Part shown: positions 1 through 10,523 of the stretch, in pieces | Layout of the letters: every line of letters begins with the position of its first letter | How positions within the stretch are numbered: position 1 is the stretch's first letter | Source of the DNA: Bacillota bacterium | Lineage (GTDB): Bacteria > Bacillota > SHA-98 > UBA4971 | Reading direction: 5' to 3' | Assembly (NCBI GenBank): GCA_040752635.1 | Contig: JBFMGS010000002.1 | Location: 12,618 to 58,831, forward strand | Length of the DNA stretch: 46,214 nucleotides | Translations under genes and position numbers: made by a program | The notes under the pieces: model-generated | Seen by the model: only the letters and a program-made list of their open reading frames with translations | The model's database searches: none | Told to the model about the DNA's origin: nothing

Positions 1-266
1 CGCTTGAATTCGTCAGCTATGCCAAGGGCTAGCGGCGTCTCGGGTCCGACGATCGTGAGGTCCACGTGGTGCTCCAGCGCAAATTGCCCGAGTGCAGGTA
101 TATCGTGGGTAGGAATGGGCACACAGGTGGCGAGCTTGGCGATGCCCGGGTTGCCGGGCGCAGCATACGTCTGCGAGACCCGCGGGCTCGCCGCAACCTT
201 CCAGGTGAGCGCATGCTCACGTCCCCCTTGCCCTACCACGAGCACACGAAGATCGTCTCGTTTCAC
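1..266 (-). CDS. purD: Phosphoribosylamine--glycine ligase, N-terminal part (runs off the window)
   Basis: Manual translation from GTG at 266: MKRDDLRVLVVGQGGREHALTWKV...APGNPGI...DLTIVGPETPLALGIADEF. GGGAGG SD upstream; follows purH. Confidence 0.95.
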   Translation of the reverse strand, partial: MKRDDLRVLVVGQGGREHALTWKVAASPRVSQTYAAPGNPGIAKLATCVPIPTHDIPALGQFALEHHVDLTIVGPETPLALGIADEFK

Positions 267-468
267 TGGCTTCCCTCCCGCAACGAATGGTTCCATGTCA
301 AGCATCCGACGAGAGGCACAAAGGAGCCCCTCAATCTTGCAACGATTGCCGTGTTTGCGTGAGAACGTCCGAAGTCCCCGTCGGCTGCCCGCTGCCCGTA
401 ACGCAGATTTGACCGGGGGTGCGAAGGGTGCACACCCCAGAAAGCCAGGCGGGTCTCCGGCAACCGAC

Positions 469-2073
469 CTAGTGCCTAAAGTGGCGCACACCGGTAAACA
501 CCATCGCTATGCCGTGCTCGTTTGCGGCCTCGATGCATTCCTTGTCGCGAATCGAGCCCCCGGGTTGGATGATCGCGGTTACGCCCATCTTCGCAGCTTC
601 GTCTATGCCATCCCTGAATGGGAAGAACGCGTCGGACGCCATAACCGACCCCCGGGCGTTCTGACCGGCCTGGGCAGCCGCTATCCTGACAGACCCTACG
701 CGGTTCATCTGGCCCGCTCCAACACCAATAGTGGCGTCATCCTTCCAGAGCACGATGGCATTGGATTTCACGTGCTTAACCACACGCATCGCGGACAGGA
801 GCCACTTGCTCTCCTGAGGGCTCGGACGCCTGATGGTAACCACCTGCGCCTTCTCTATAGAGAGGTCCCCTGACTCATCCGCCTGTTGCACCAGGAACCC
901 GCCCTCGACCCAGCGGACATCGATCCTGGGACCTGTCCTGGGCGCATCTCGAGGCACGATCAACACGCGAAGGTTGGGCTTTTCCGCAAGCACACGAAGG
1001 GCCTCGTCGGTGACGTCTTTCGCAAGAACCACCTCCACGAAGGTCTCCGCAATCCTCGCCGCAACTCCTTCAGTAATGACGCCGCCAAGGCCGACCACGC
1101 TCCCGAAAGCAGATACCGGGTCTGCTTCCCGAGCTTTCACATATGCGCGGGCGAGGTCGTCTCCTACTGCGACACCGCACGGGTTCGTATGCTTTATCAC
1201 CACCGCAGCGGGTTCAGTGAACTCGCGCATAATACGTAGCGCCGCGTCCGCGTCAAGTATGTTATTGAAAGACAGCGGTTTCCCCTGAAGCTGGCAAGCA
1301 CCGGCCAGCCCCAGGAACGGCGAATCCTCGAACGCATAAAACGCCGCCCGCTGGTGCGGGTTTTCCCCGTAACGGAGGTCGTGCACTTTCCTGCCCCGAA
1401 CGTAGAAGACCTCTCCGAAGGGGTTACCATCCTTGAGGCCCAAATCATGTGAACCGCCCCGCCCGGTCCCTGTCTCGCAAGCGCACGCCTCCACTTTAGA
1501 GCCAAGAAACTCGGCTATCGCACGGTCATATTCGGCGGTGTGACGGAAAGCCTCGAGAGCAAGCTGCATGCGAGTCTGGGCAGATACTTCACCGCTCGAC
1601 TCGAGCTCGGAGATTACGTCGGGATACCTGCGAGGATCCGTCACAATGGCCACGCGTTCAAAATTCTTGGCAGCCGCGCGCACCATGGTGGGGCCACCTA
1701 TGTCGATGTTCTCGATAGCAACCTCGAGCATGACGTCAGGGTTCGCTACGGTTTCCACGAACGGATAGAGGTTTACCGCCACGATGTCGATTGGCATTAT
1801 GCCGAGCCGTTCGAGATCGCATTCATGCTCGCGGGTGCCGCGCGCAAGTATACCGGCATGTATGGCCGGGTGCAGCGTTTTCACTCTGCCTCCAAGGATC
1901 TCAGGAAACCCGGTCACATCCGATATCCTCGTGACGGGCACGCCTGCCCGCTCCAAGACAGCGGCGGTGCCCCCGGTAGATACAATCTCGTATCCCAGCC
2001 GAGCGAGAGCCTGCGCGAAATCCACTACGCCGCTCTTGTCATAGACGCTGATTATTGCCCTCCGTGTTTTCAT
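469..2073 (-). CDS. purH: Bifunctional AICAR transformylase/IMP cyclohydrolase
   Basis: Motifs ISVYDKSG, STGGTA, GRVKTLHP, ENIDIGGPTMVRAAAKN, LRYGENPHQ, KHTNPCG, SDAFFPF, GVRHFRH. ATG at 2073 with GGAGGT SD. Confidence 0.97.
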   Translation of the reverse strand: MKTRRAIISVYDKSGVVDFAQALARLGYEIVSTGGTAAVLERAGVPVTRISDVTGFPEILGGRVKTLHPAIHAGILARGTREHECDLERLGIMPIDIVAVNLYPFVETVANPDVMLEVAIENIDIGGPTMVRAAAKNFERVAIVTDPRRYPDVISELESSGEVSAQTRMQLALEAFRHTAEYDRAIAEFLGSKVEACACETGTGRGGSHDLGLKDGNPFGEVFYVRGRKVHDLRYGENPHQRAAFYAFEDSPFLGLAGACQLQGKPLSFNNILDADAALRIMREFTEPAAVVIKHTNPCGVAVGDDLARAYVKAREADPVSAFGSVVGLGGVITEGVAARIAETFVEVVLAKDVTDEALRVLAEKPNLRVLIVPRDAPRTGPRIDVRWVEGGFLVQQADESGDLSIEKAQVVTIRRPSPQESKWLLSAMRVVKHVKSNAIVLWKDDATIGVGAGQMNRVGSVRIAAAQAGQNARGSVMASDAFFPFRDGIDEAAKMGVTAIIQPGGSIRDKECIEAANEHGIAMVFTGVRHFRH

Positions 2074-2252
2074 CCAGTGCACCTCCATATGCAAAGTGGA
2101 CGCGCAAAAGCATTCACTGCCTTGCGAAGGGTTACGAACACTCATGTGAGGTAGGAATGGAGATCTGGTGCTTTCACGCCAGCCGGATCTCTCCAGGGCA
2201 TCAGATGGGAGCGCAAACATTGTATCCGACCGCCGGTGCCGTCAGACAAGGC

Positions 2253-2948
2253 TTACGTTTCAATTGTAACCCGCCTGCCATCGCGGTGGACCTTGCCCTC
2301 TGCGATAGCTTTGATGCATTCCACGAGGAGTTCGTGCTCCTGCGTGAGGATCCGAGCCGAGAGGGCATCCACGGTATCATCGGGCAACACAGGCACAACG
2401 CGCTGGCCGATTATGGGGCCTGTGTCCACTCCACCGTCCACGAAGTGCACTGTGCAGCCGCTGTACCTAACTCCGTACTCAAGGGCCTGCCTTTGTGCAT
2501 CAAGACCCCGGAAAGCCGGAAGAAGCGACGGATGTATGTTAATAATCCGATCCCGAAACGCGCTCAGGAAGGTATCGCCCAGGACCCTCATAAACCCCGC
2601 AAGCACCACGAGATCCGGCGCGAACCTGCGAACCGCATCGACCAGGTCTCGCTCGAACTCTGACCGCGAGGCGTAACTATCGCGGGTGACCACCAGGCGG
2701 GGTATGCGGTGACGTGCGGCTCTTTCCAGAGCGGGTGCATCCGGGTTGTCGCACACAAGCCCCGCCACCTTCGCAAGCAGCCTCCCCGTTTCCGCTGCGT
2801 CGATTATGGCCTGGAAGTTCGTCCCCCGACCTGAGGCCAGCACCACGATACTGAACGGGGCGCCATTGGACCGGCCGCGGCCGAATCCGTCACGCGGGCT
2901 TCTACCCGACTCGCCGCGCGGCAAACTACCCGTTAACCTGCCCGCCAA
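2253..2948 (-). CDS. purN: Phosphoribosylglycinamide formyltransferase (start uncertain)
   Basis: [48 protein letters not shown]. Confidence 0.95.
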   Translation of the reverse strand: MAGRLTGSLPRGESGRSPRDGFGRGRSNGAPFSIVVLASGRGTNFQAIIDAAETGRLLAKVAGLVCDNPDAPALERAARHRIPRLVVTRDSYASRSEFERDLVDAVRRFAPDLVVLAGFMRVLGDTFLSAFRDRIINIHPSLLPAFRGLDAQRQALEYGVRYSGCTVHFVDGGVDTGPIIGQRVVPVLPDDTVDALSARILTQEHELLVECIKAIAEGKVHRDGRRVTIET

Positions 2949-5391
2949 CGAAGCTCACCTCCCCATCGCCAGGGATCACTTCGCCCACGACATAACAACG
3001 CTCGCCCGCCGCCCTGAGGAGTGCCAGGGAGGCATCGATGTCCTCGGGTCTGAGCGCCACGAGGAACCCGATCCCCATATTAAAGGTCCGGCGCATCTCA
3101 TGGTCCTCCACGTTCCCCAGCCTCTGGATGAGGCCGAAGATCGGGGGGACGGGCCAGGATCCAGGGTGGAGCCTGATAGCAAGGCCGGGCGGCAGCATCC
3201 TCGGCGGGTTGTCGATGAGACCTCCCCCCGTGATATGCGCCATGCCCCGAATCCTGACCGCAGCCGCAAGGTCCAGGATGGCCCGCACATAGATCCGCGT
3301 AGGCTCAAGGAGTTCAGTCACCAGGGGGCGACCGAGGCCGTCCGGCTCGTCGTGAAGACCCAGGCCCGCAAGGTCAAACAGGACGTGCCTTGCGAGCGAG
3401 AATCCGTTGCTATGGAGCCCGGAAGACGCAAGCCCCACCAGGACGTCCCCTGGCTGTATCGAGCTTCCGTCTACCAGGCTGCGTCGCTCCACAACCCCTA
3501 CCGCGAACCCTGCCACGTCGTAGTCGCCGACCTGGTAGAACCCGGGCATCTCCGCGGTCTCGCCCCCGAGCAGGACGCACCCTGCTTGCCTGCAGCCTTC
3601 TGCCATCCCCGACACCACGCGCGCCACCTTATCCGGGTCGATCTTTCCTTGGGAGAGGTAGTCCAGAAAAAACACCGGTCTGGCGCCGCATGTAAGTATG
3701 TCGTTCACGCACATGGCTACAGCGTCTATGCCGATGGTGTCGTGTCTATCCGCTTCTATTGCCACGCGGAGCTTGGTCCCAACCCCGTCCGCCCCTGCTA
3801 CAAGAAGCGTTTCGCCACTGCCCGCGGCATCTAGACGGTAAACTCCCCCGAATCCGCCAAGCCCCCCGATGACATGGTGGTTCATCGTAGATTCCACGGC
3901 CTCGCGGATGAGATCAACAGCCTTCATCCCGCGGCCGATGTCCACCCCGGCATCGGCATACGTTGCACTCGACCCAGTCCACCCGGGCTCCGCCTTGAGT
4001 TCGACCGGGACAGGGTAGTCCCCATCGAAGCACGCTAGACAAAACCGCCTGCCCTGTCCCCCGGCACGGTTCATGGCCTCGAGCAAACCTTCCCTGCTGA
4101 GGTAGTGAAGGCTATCGGCCCCGGTCATGGCGAGGACATAATCCTTACCGTCGGACGCAGCCAACCTGTCCCCACGGCGCGAAGTGTCGATCCCGTAGAA
4201 GCACGGATAAGCTATCGGAGGTGATGCCACCATAAAGCCGATTGTTCTCGCCCCGGCCTCGCGCAGCAACCTCACCAATCTTGCGCTGGTGGTACCCCTG
4301 ACGATGGAATCGTCCACAAGCAGCACGCGCTTTCCTTCCACCACTCGCCTTACAGCGTTCAGCTTCAGTCTCACGCCCCGGCTGCGAAGGTCCTGACTGG
4401 GCTGGATGAACGTCCGGCCGAGGTAGCGGTTCTTGACGAGCCCGTATTCGAACGGGATCCCGCTCTCCCTCGAAAAGCCAAGACCCGCGGCAACGCCGGA
4501 TTCCGGAACGGGGACCACAACGTCTGCCTCCACTTTGTGTTCTCTTGCCAGCATACGGCCCATTTCGTACCTGGCCTCGTTTACGTTGATACCCTCAATG
4601 ACACTATCAGGCCGGGCAAAGTAGATGTATTCAAACACGCAGGTCGAGCGTCTCACCGCAACCGGACCTCGAACGGACCGAACTCCACCCTTGTCGATCA
4701 CAACGATCTCGCCCGGGTCGATCTCCCGTAATAGTTCCGCGCCAATAAGATCGAGCGCGCAGGACTCCGACGCAATGGCGTAGCCCCCGGGCAAAGCGCC
4801 GAGGCACAGCGGCCGGAACCCGTAGGGGTCGCGCATTCCGATTAGTCTCGCTTCGGTCATCATTACAACCGAGTACGCACCCTCAAGGTCGATCATACAC
4901 TTGAGGAGCGCATCTTCCAGGTCGTTTTGGGCATACCTTCCGAGAAGACAGCCCAGGATCTCCGTGTCCACGGTAGTCTGAAATACCGAACCTGACACGC
5001 CCAGGGACTTGCGCAGTTCGCCGGCGTTCACCAGGTTTCCGTTGTGAGCAAGGGCGAGATCGCCCCACGGGTAATGGAAAAGAAGAGGTTGAGCATCTGT
5101 GATCCCGGGCGATCCTGCTGTTGAGTAACGTACATGGCCGATGGCTGTGTTCCCCTGAAGCCTGCGGATGACATCAGGGTTGAACACCTCGGACACCAGG
5201 CCCATCGCCTTGTGGAGGCGGATCCCTGCGCCCTCGGACGAGGCGAGCCCCGCGCTTTCCTGGCCCCGGTGCTGAAGCGCATGCAGCCCATAGCAGGCAA
5301 GCTCTGCCGCGTCGTGGTTGCTCGTGCTCACTCCGATGACTCCGCAGTGCTCACGGATTCCAAAAGGTTCTGCTATGATTCCAGGGCCCAT
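2926..5391 (-). CDS. purF-purM: Fused amidophosphoribosyltransferase (PurF) and AIR synthetase (PurM), 821 aa
   Basis: N-half: propeptide then [35 protein letters not shown] and Fe-S cysteines (CVFE, PCFYG, CLAC). C-half: [52 protein letters not shown]. No stop codon between them. Confidence 0.93.
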   Translation of the reverse strand: MGPGIIAEPFGIREHCGVIGVSTSNHDAAELACYGLHALQHRGQESAGLASSEGAGIRLHKAMGLVSEVFNPDVIRRLQGNTAIGHVRYSTAGSPGITDAQPLLFHYPWGDLALAHNGNLVNAGELRKSLGVSGSVFQTTVDTEILGCLLGRYAQNDLEDALLKCMIDLEGAYSVVMMTEARLIGMRDPYGFRPLCLGALPGGYAIASESCALDLIGAELLREIDPGEIVVIDKGGVRSVRGPVAVRRSTCVFEYIYFARPDSVIEGINVNEARYEMGRMLAREHKVEADVVVPVPESGVAAGLGFSRESGIPFEYGLVKNRYLGRTFIQPSQDLRSRGVRLKLNAVRRVVEGKRVLLVDDSIVRGTTSARLVRLLREAGARTIGFMVASPPIAYPCFYGIDTSRRGDRLAASDGKDYVLAMTGADSLHYLSREGLLEAMNRAGGQGRRFCLACFDGDYPVPVELKAEPGWTGSSATYADAGVDIGRGMKAVDLIREAVESTMNHHVIGGLGGFGGVYRLDAAGSGETLLVAGADGVGTKLRVAIEADRHDTIGIDAVAMCVNDILTCGARPVFFLDYLSQGKIDPDKVARVVSGMAEGCRQAGCVLLGGETAEMPGFYQVGDYDVAGFAVGVVERRSLVDGSSIQPGDVLVGLASSGLHSNGFSLARHVLFDLAGLGLHDEPDGLGRPLVTELLEPTRIYVRAILDLAAAVRIRGMAHITGGGLIDNPPRMLPPGLAIRLHPGSWPVPPIFGLIQRLGNVEDHEMRRTFNMGIGFLVALRPEDIDASLALLRAAGERCYVVGEVIPGDGEVSFVGGQVNG

Positions 5392-7604
5392 CCTATCGCC
5401 CCCCGATACACTCTCGAGAGATCACCCACTGTCACGTCGACTATCCTCTGCGAACCGGGCCTCGTGGAGACGCCTTCCGCCGGACCTGCGTCAATCACGA
5501 TGCGCGACCCCCCAACCTCGCCGATGATGGAGAAAGCAACGTTCTCTCGGGAGGCCAGCCTTTTCACCTCGGCAAGCGCAGAAGGATGGAAAGAAACGAG
5601 CGCCCGCGCGCCGGATTCGCTGAAGAGATAACGATCCGCGCGCATACCAGAAAGCCTGACCCTGGCCCCAATCCCACCGAGGATACACGCCTCGGACAGC
5701 GCAACAGCGAGGCCTCCCTCGGAGAGATCCAGGCACGATGAAACAAGCCTTCCGGAGATGAGGGAAAGAACCAGGTTGAGCGTGGCTCGCTCCATCTCGA
5801 GGTCAACGGCCGGCACGCGTCCTCCCTCGATTCCATGGACCACAGCCAGGTACTCGCTTGCGCCGATCTCATCCTTCGTGCGGCCGAGAACCGCGATGAC
5901 GTCGCCTGCACGCTTGAAGCCCGGAGTAGCAAGGCAGGTCAGGTCCTCGATGAGGCCCACCATACCCACCACCGGCGTAGGGTGAACAGCCACACTCGAC
6001 GACTCGTTGTAGAAACTTACGTTGCCGCCGGTCACAGGAATCCCGAGAACCCTGCACGCATGTGCCATGCCTTCAACCGCCTTTCGGAACTGCCAGAAGG
6101 CCTCGAGCTTCTCGGGGTTGCCGAAATTCAGGCAATCCGTGACCCCAACCGGTTCTGCACCAACGCAGGCGAGATTCCTTGCGGCTTCGGCCACAGCATG
6201 GGCGGCTCCGGCCCACGGGTCGAGGTAGCAGTACAGTGAATTCGCATCGCACGTCAGGGCCAGCCCCTTGTTGGTTCCCGGGACTCTGACGACCGATGTC
6301 CCTTGCCCTGGCAGCACTACCGTGTTCGTTCCGACCTGGTGGTCGTACTGGCTGTAGACCCACTCTTTGCTGGCGATGCGGGGCGAGGCGAGAATGCGTT
6401 TCAAGGCATCCGTGTAGTCATCGGGCTCGGGCACCTCCGCGAGATTCCGAGCCTGCTCCTGGTGGAAGTATTCAGGCTCGCGCGCCTCGCGAGTATATGA
6501 TGGCGCCATCTCCGTCAGGGCCGCCGCGGGCACCTCGGCTACGATGGCATCGCCGTCCCGAATTCGAAGAACCCCATCCCCAGTAACGCGGCCCACCGTC
6601 GCCGCCTCAAGCCCCCACTTGCCAAATACGCGCTCAACCTCGTGCTCGCTTCCGGCCTTCACAACCACGAGCATCCGCTCTTGAGACTCCGAGAGCATGA
6701 CCTCGTACGGAGTCATCCCCTCTTCACGCCTGGGAACCCTTGCAACGTCGATCTCCATCCCGACGCCGCCTCTCGCTGCCATCTCGCAGGACGAGCAGGT
6801 CAACCCTGCGGCGCCCATGTCCTGGATTCCTATGACGACCTCGCCGAGTCCATATAGCTCGAGACAGGCCTCGAGAAGCAGCTTCTCCATGAACGGGTCC
6901 CCCACCTGGACGGCGGATCGTTTCGCCATCGCTTCGGGAGAAAGCTCCGCCGATGCGAATGTAGCGCCGTGTATGCCGTCCCGCCCGGTGCGGGCGCCGA
7001 CTACCATCACCGGGTTCCCCGGGCCCTCGGCGGCTGCCTTCTTTACAGAGTCTACTCGGGCGATTCCAACGCACATCACGTTCACAAGGGGACTCTCCCG
7101 GAAGCTCTCATGGGTTGCAACCTCGCCTCCGACAGTAGGAATGCCGATGGAGTTCCCGTAACCCGCGATACCTGCAACTACCTGGGTGAAGATTTGCCTT
7201 GAGCGGGCATCCGAAAGGGGGCCGAACCGCAGCGCGTCGAGGAGCGCGATGGGCCGCGCGCCCATCGTGAAAATGTCGCGGATTATGCCGCCAACCCCCG
7301 TGGCCGCCCCTTGGTATGGCTCCACGGCAGAAGGATGGTTGTGGCTCTCTATCTTGAACACCACGGCGAGCCCATCCCCGATGTCCACAACGCCGGCGTT
7401 CTCGCCAGGCCCCTGAATCACGCGACTTCCGGTGGTCGGCAGGAGCCGAAGCACTTGCCTGGAATTCTTGTAGCTGCAATGTTCGGACCACATGACCGCG
7501 AACATTCCGAGCTCGACGAAATTCGGCTCCCGTCCAAGGATCTCAAGGATGCGGCCATATTCCTCAGTGGATAGCCCCATCTCCTGCCACACGTGGCTGC
7601 CCAA
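5373..7604 (-). CDS. purL: FGAM synthase large subunit
   Basis: [59 protein letters not shown] start at 7604 inferred. Confidence 0.96.
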   Translation of the reverse strand: MGSHVWQEMGLSTEEYGRILEILGREPNFVELGMFAVMWSEHCSYKNSRQVLRLLPTTGSRVIQGPGENAGVVDIGDGLAVVFKIESHNHPSAVEPYQGAATGVGGIIRDIFTMGARPIALLDALRFGPLSDARSRQIFTQVVAGIAGYGNSIGIPTVGGEVATHESFRESPLVNVMCVGIARVDSVKKAAAEGPGNPVMVVGARTGRDGIHGATFASAELSPEAMAKRSAVQVGDPFMEKLLLEACLELYGLGEVVIGIQDMGAAGLTCSSCEMAARGGVGMEIDVARVPRREEGMTPYEVMLSESQERMLVVVKAGSEHEVERVFGKWGLEAATVGRVTGDGVLRIRDGDAIVAEVPAAALTEMAPSYTREAREPEYFHQEQARNLAEVPEPDDYTDALKRILASPRIASKEWVYSQYDHQVGTNTVVLPGQGTSVVRVPGTNKGLALTCDANSLYCYLDPWAGAAHAVAEAARNLACVGAEPVGVTDCLNFGNPEKLEAFWQFRKAVEGMAHACRVLGIPVTGGNVSFYNESSSVAVHPTPVVGMVGLIEDLTCLATPGFKRAGDVIAVLGRTKDEIGASEYLAVVHGIEGGRVPAVDLEMERATLNLVLSLISGRLVSSCLDLSEGGLAVALSEACILGGIGARVRLSGMRADRYLFSESGARALVSFHPSALAEVKRLASRENVAFSIIGEVGGSRIVIDAGPAEGVSTRPGSQRIVDVTVGDLSRVYRGAIGWALES

Positions 7605-8301
7605 GCTCCACACCCCCTGAAAGGAACTGGATGGCCGAGGCAAAGATCCACCTGCCGTCGGTTCCACCAAGCAACGCCTCGCACGCCCTCTCTGGATGAG
7701 GCATCATCCCGAGCACGTTCCCGCGCTCGTTCACGAGCCCTGCGATGGAGTTTCGGGAACCGTTGGGGTTCGCTTCGGGGGTCGGATGGCCGTCCTCGTC
7801 CGCATAGCGAAAGACAACCTGTCCGCGCCGCTCCAGGCGTTCCAGGGTGACGTCGTCCGCGTAGTAATTGCCCCACCCGTGCGCTATCGGCATCCTGAGG
7901 ACCTGCCCGCTGCGGCAGAGCCCGGTAAAAGGCGTGCTTGCGTTCTCAACGCGAAGCAGGACCCTGTCGCATCTGAACCTGGGGACCACGTTCGGGAGCA
8001 TCGCGCCGGGAAGCAGCCCACACTCGAGCAGGATCTGGAAGCCGTTGCAGATCCCCAGGACAAGCCCGCCCGCTTCGGCGTACCTCACCACGTCGCTCAT
8101 AACCGGTGCAAACCTCGCTATCGCGCCTGCGCGCAGGTAATCCCCATAAGAGAACCCGCCCGGAAGGACTATGAGATCGTACCCCTCAAGGCTCTGTTCC
8201 GCATGCCACACATACCTCACTTCTACCCCGAAGGACTTGAGGGCGCGGTAGCAGTCAGCATCGCAGTTGGAGCCCGGGAAGACCACCACCCCGAATCTCA
8301 C
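7564..8301 (-). CDS. purQ: FGAM synthase glutaminase subunit
   Basis: [39 protein letters not shown]. Confidence 0.97.
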   Translation of the reverse strand: MRFGVVVFPGSNCDADCYRALKSFGVEVRYVWHAEQSLEGYDLIVLPGGFSYGDYLRAGAIARFAPVMSDVVRYAEAGGLVLGICNGFQILLECGLLPGAMLPNVVPRFRCDRVLLRVENASTPFTGLCRSGQVLRMPIAHGWGNYYADDVTLERLERRGQVVFRYADEDGHPTPEANPNGSRNSIAGLVNERGNVLGMMPHPERACEALLGGTDGRWIFASAIQFLSGGVELGQPRVAGDGAIH

Positions 8302-8564
8302 CGTGCGTCACCTCCCACTGCCTGCACTTCGAGAGAGAAGTTCTCGATGACAGGGTTGGCCAGCAGCTTGTCGGCGATCTCCTGGGCCTCACGCCCTGCG
8401 GACTCGGCGTCATCCGCCGACAGCATCAGCTCGATGTGTTTGCCTATCCGCACGTCGAGGACATTACGGTAGCTCATCGAGTGAAGCGCCTTTTTTACGG
8501 CGGAGCCCTGTGGGTCAAGTATGGATTCCTTCAAGGTCACCTTGATTTCTGCCTTGTATTGCAC
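8298..8564 (-). CDS. purS: FGAM synthase PurS subunit
   Basis: [22 protein letters not shown] at 8564 after GGGAGG. Confidence 0.95.
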   Translation of the reverse strand: MQYKAEIKVTLKESILDPQGSAVKKALHSMSYRNVLDVRIGKHIELMLSADDAESAGREAQEIADKLLANPVIENFSLEVQAVGGDAR

Positions 8565-8653
8565 GGCTCGCCCCCCTCCCATCCCGATGTTGCGCGGAGG
8601 CCGACTCGTCCACTGGGAATTCGCGCTGCATCTGAGCGTATGGAATCCACGGC

Positions 8654-8720
8654 GTGCTTCCGGTGTTGCACCACACCTTGTGCAACCACCGGCAACCTCT
8701 CCAAAGTTTCAAACACTCCG
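8654..8720 (-). repeat. Copy 1 of intergenic bulged-palindrome family
   Basis: Minus strand: GAGTGTTTGAAACTTTGGAGAGGTTGCCGGTG-G-TTGCAC, 8-nt loop, GTGCAACACCGGAAGC. Confidence 0.7.
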
Positions 8721-8791
8721 CACCGACTTACCACAGACTTGCCTGGTAATAGCCCTCTGCTGGTGGCAGCTCTTATGCTCCTTCGATTTCT

Positions 8792-9535
8792 CTATACTGC
8801 GCTCCCCCTGCTGGAAACTGCACTGCTCTTGCCGGTGACACGTTTCAGAACCTCCACATACGCCTCTTCCACACCACCCATGTCGCGCCTGAACCTATCC
8901 TTGTCAAGCCGCTCCCCCGTGGCAGCGTCCCAGAGCCTGCAGGTGTCGGGTGAGATCTCGTCTCCGAGCACAAGCTCTCCATCGCACCAGCCGAATTCGA
9001 GCTTGAAGTCAACCAGAGTCAGCCCTATCGCGCCAAAAAACGGCTCGATCTCCCGGTCTACCGCAAGGGCCGCCTCCCGAAGCTCAGTGACAAGCTGACG
9101 CGTGGCAATTCCGAGCGCAACAACGTGGTCCTCGGTAACCAGTGGATCCCCCAGCTCATCGCTCTTGAAGTAAAACTCTACGATCGGGAACGCCGGTTTC
9201 GTGCCTTCGGAGATCCCGAGTCTCCTCGCAAGGCTCCCGGCCACCAGGTTTCTCACCACGACTTCAAGGGGGACCATCTTGAGACCCCGCACAACCATCC
9301 TGTTCTCGCCATCAAGCCTCTCGAAATGTGTTCGCAGGCACCGCGAATTGAGATGCGAGAAGAGCACAGCAGATACCTGGCAATTCACGGCGCCTTTCCC
9401 CTGGATCACTCCCTTCTTTCGGCCGTCCTGGGCCGTTGCATCGTCCTTGAACTCGATCAGGTAGTACCTGGTGTCTTCCATGGAATAGACCCTCTTCGCC
9501 TTTCCTTCATAAACCAGTCGTCCGCGATCTATCAT
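8792..9535 (-). CDS. purC: SAICAR synthetase
   Basis: YEGKAK, FKDDATA, PLEVVVRN, LVDFKLEFG, DEISPDTCRLWD, DKDRFR. Confidence 0.97.
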   Translation of the reverse strand: MIDRGRLVYEGKAKRVYSMEDTRYYLIEFKDDATAQDGRKKGVIQGKGAVNCQVSAVLFSHLNSRCLRTHFERLDGENRMVVRGLKMVPLEVVVRNLVAGSLARRLGISEGTKPAFPIVEFYFKSDELGDPLVTEDHVVALGIATRQLVTELREAALAVDREIEPFFGAIGLTLVDFKLEFGWCDGELVLGDEISPDTCRLWDAATGERLDKDRFRRDMGGVEEAYVEVLKRVTGKSSAVSSRGSAV

Positions 9536-10080
9536 GCCTGCACACTCCCCTCTTCCCTGTCTTGACCAAGTGCTACCATCACACGCCTGTGTTTTGCTTC
9601 AACTTCCTGCGCGAGGTGGTCCCGGTACTCGGTGAGCTTCTGGGTGAGAGCTGGATAGGAAATCGCAAGAATGGCGATAGCAAGGAGCGCAGCGTTCTTT
9701 GACGCGTTCACGCCGACGCACGCCACCGGCACCCCGGGCGGCATCTGGACGGTCGAGTACAGCGCGTCTATCCCTGAAAGCGCAGAACCGCCGCAGGGCA
9801 CCCCGATCACCGGAAGCACCGTTGCGGCGGCTAAGACTCCGGCAAGGTGCGCTGCTCCCCCAGCGGCCGCGATGATCACCCGGACCCCTCGACCTGCAGC
9901 GCCTCTCGCATATGAGATCGTGCGCTCGAGAGAGCGGTGCACAGACCCAACCACAACTTCGCAATCCACCCCGAAGCGTTCCAGCGTCTCGACGCATTCA
10001 CGCATAACCCCGAGGTCCGAGTCACTCCCCATCACGACCATGACCTTTGGCTGGTCACCTGACGCGCCTTCCAGGTCCAC
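9532..10080 (-). CDS. purE: N5-CAIR mutase / AIR carboxylase
   Basis: MGSDSD, AGGAAHLAGV, PVIGVP, STVQMPPGVPVA, NAALLA. Confidence 0.95.
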   Translation of the reverse strand: MDLEGASGDQPKVMVVMGSDSDLGVMRECVETLERFGVDCEVVVGSVHRSLERTISYARGAAGRGVRVIIAAAGGAAHLAGVLAAATVLPVIGVPCGGSALSGIDALYSTVQMPPGVPVACVGVNASKNAALLAIAILAISYPALTQKLTEYRDHLAQEVEAKHRRVMVALGQDREEGSVQA

Positions 10081-10111
10081 TGCTGACGCCCCTTCATGGT
10101 AGATTCAAGGA

Positions 10112-10166
10112 CAAATGATTAAGCCCCGGCGGATAGGTTTCGAGTGAAACCTATCCGCCGGGGCTT
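10112..10166 (-). terminator. Riboswitch-controlled intrinsic terminator ahead of purE
   Basis: Perfect 21-bp inverted repeat AAGCCCCGGCGGATAGGTTTC/ACTC/GAAACCTATCCGCCGGGGCTT followed by AATCATTT. Its 5' arm is the 3' end of the aptamer. Confidence 0.85.
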
Positions 10167-10262
10167 TTATCCCTCAAGGTGTAGCGCCGCAATCTGCGGG
10201 CCTGCATCGCTTGGACCGAACCCCGCCCTTTGCGGCCAGGTGGAACCCTAGATGCACTTTCC
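10144..10262 (-). ncRNA. ykkC-family riboswitch aptamer, probably PRPP-sensing (subtype 2b)
   Basis: GGAAAGTGCATCTAGGGTTCC...GGTCCAAGCGATGCAGG...TACACCTTGAGGGATAAAAGCCCCGGCGGATAGGTTTCAC matches the ykkC hallmarks (CUAGGGUUCC, ACAC, GGGAUAAAAGCCC) with the extra terminal pairing of subtype 2. Lies upstream of de novo purine genes. Confidence 0.9.
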
Positions 10263-10351
10263 CTCGCGTGCCGACACGCCCACCCCTCGCCGTGAAGGAA
10301 ACACCGGCTGGCAACGTCGGCACTACATGGTATTTAGTTTTCTTTGTCTTC

Positions 10352-10381
10352 ACAATAGCATACGACACTCAGAGGTGTCAA
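10352..10381 (-). promoter_or_regulatory. SigA-type promoter of the pur operon
   Basis: TTGACA-18 nt-TATTGT with extended -10 TG. Confidence 0.7.
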
Positions 10382-10523
10382 GACCACCAAACTGCAAAAA
10401 ACGAAGAATGAGGGCTCAACTACATACGCCGAGATACATACGCGGACGGGTTCAGGCTACTACGGTAGGAGGCAAGCCCGCCGTTCCAAATGGCAGGCGG
10501 TCACTTGGTCTCAGTTCGGGGAG

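Noticed and set aside
4-873. 289-aa plus-strand ORF
   Set aside because: Antisense to purD and purH with no recognisable motifs; a shadow ORF of high-GC DNA.
2074-2252. Possible ZTP riboswitch before purH
   Set aside because: A hairpin is present, but I could not find the GACUGRCG and GYCUGGGC ZTP signatures.
2746-3834. 362-aa plus-strand ORF
   Set aside because: Antisense to purM/purN; shadow ORF.
10396-10409. PurBox-like AAAAACGAAGAAT upstream of the pur promoter
   Set aside because: Two mismatches to consensus and no partner box.
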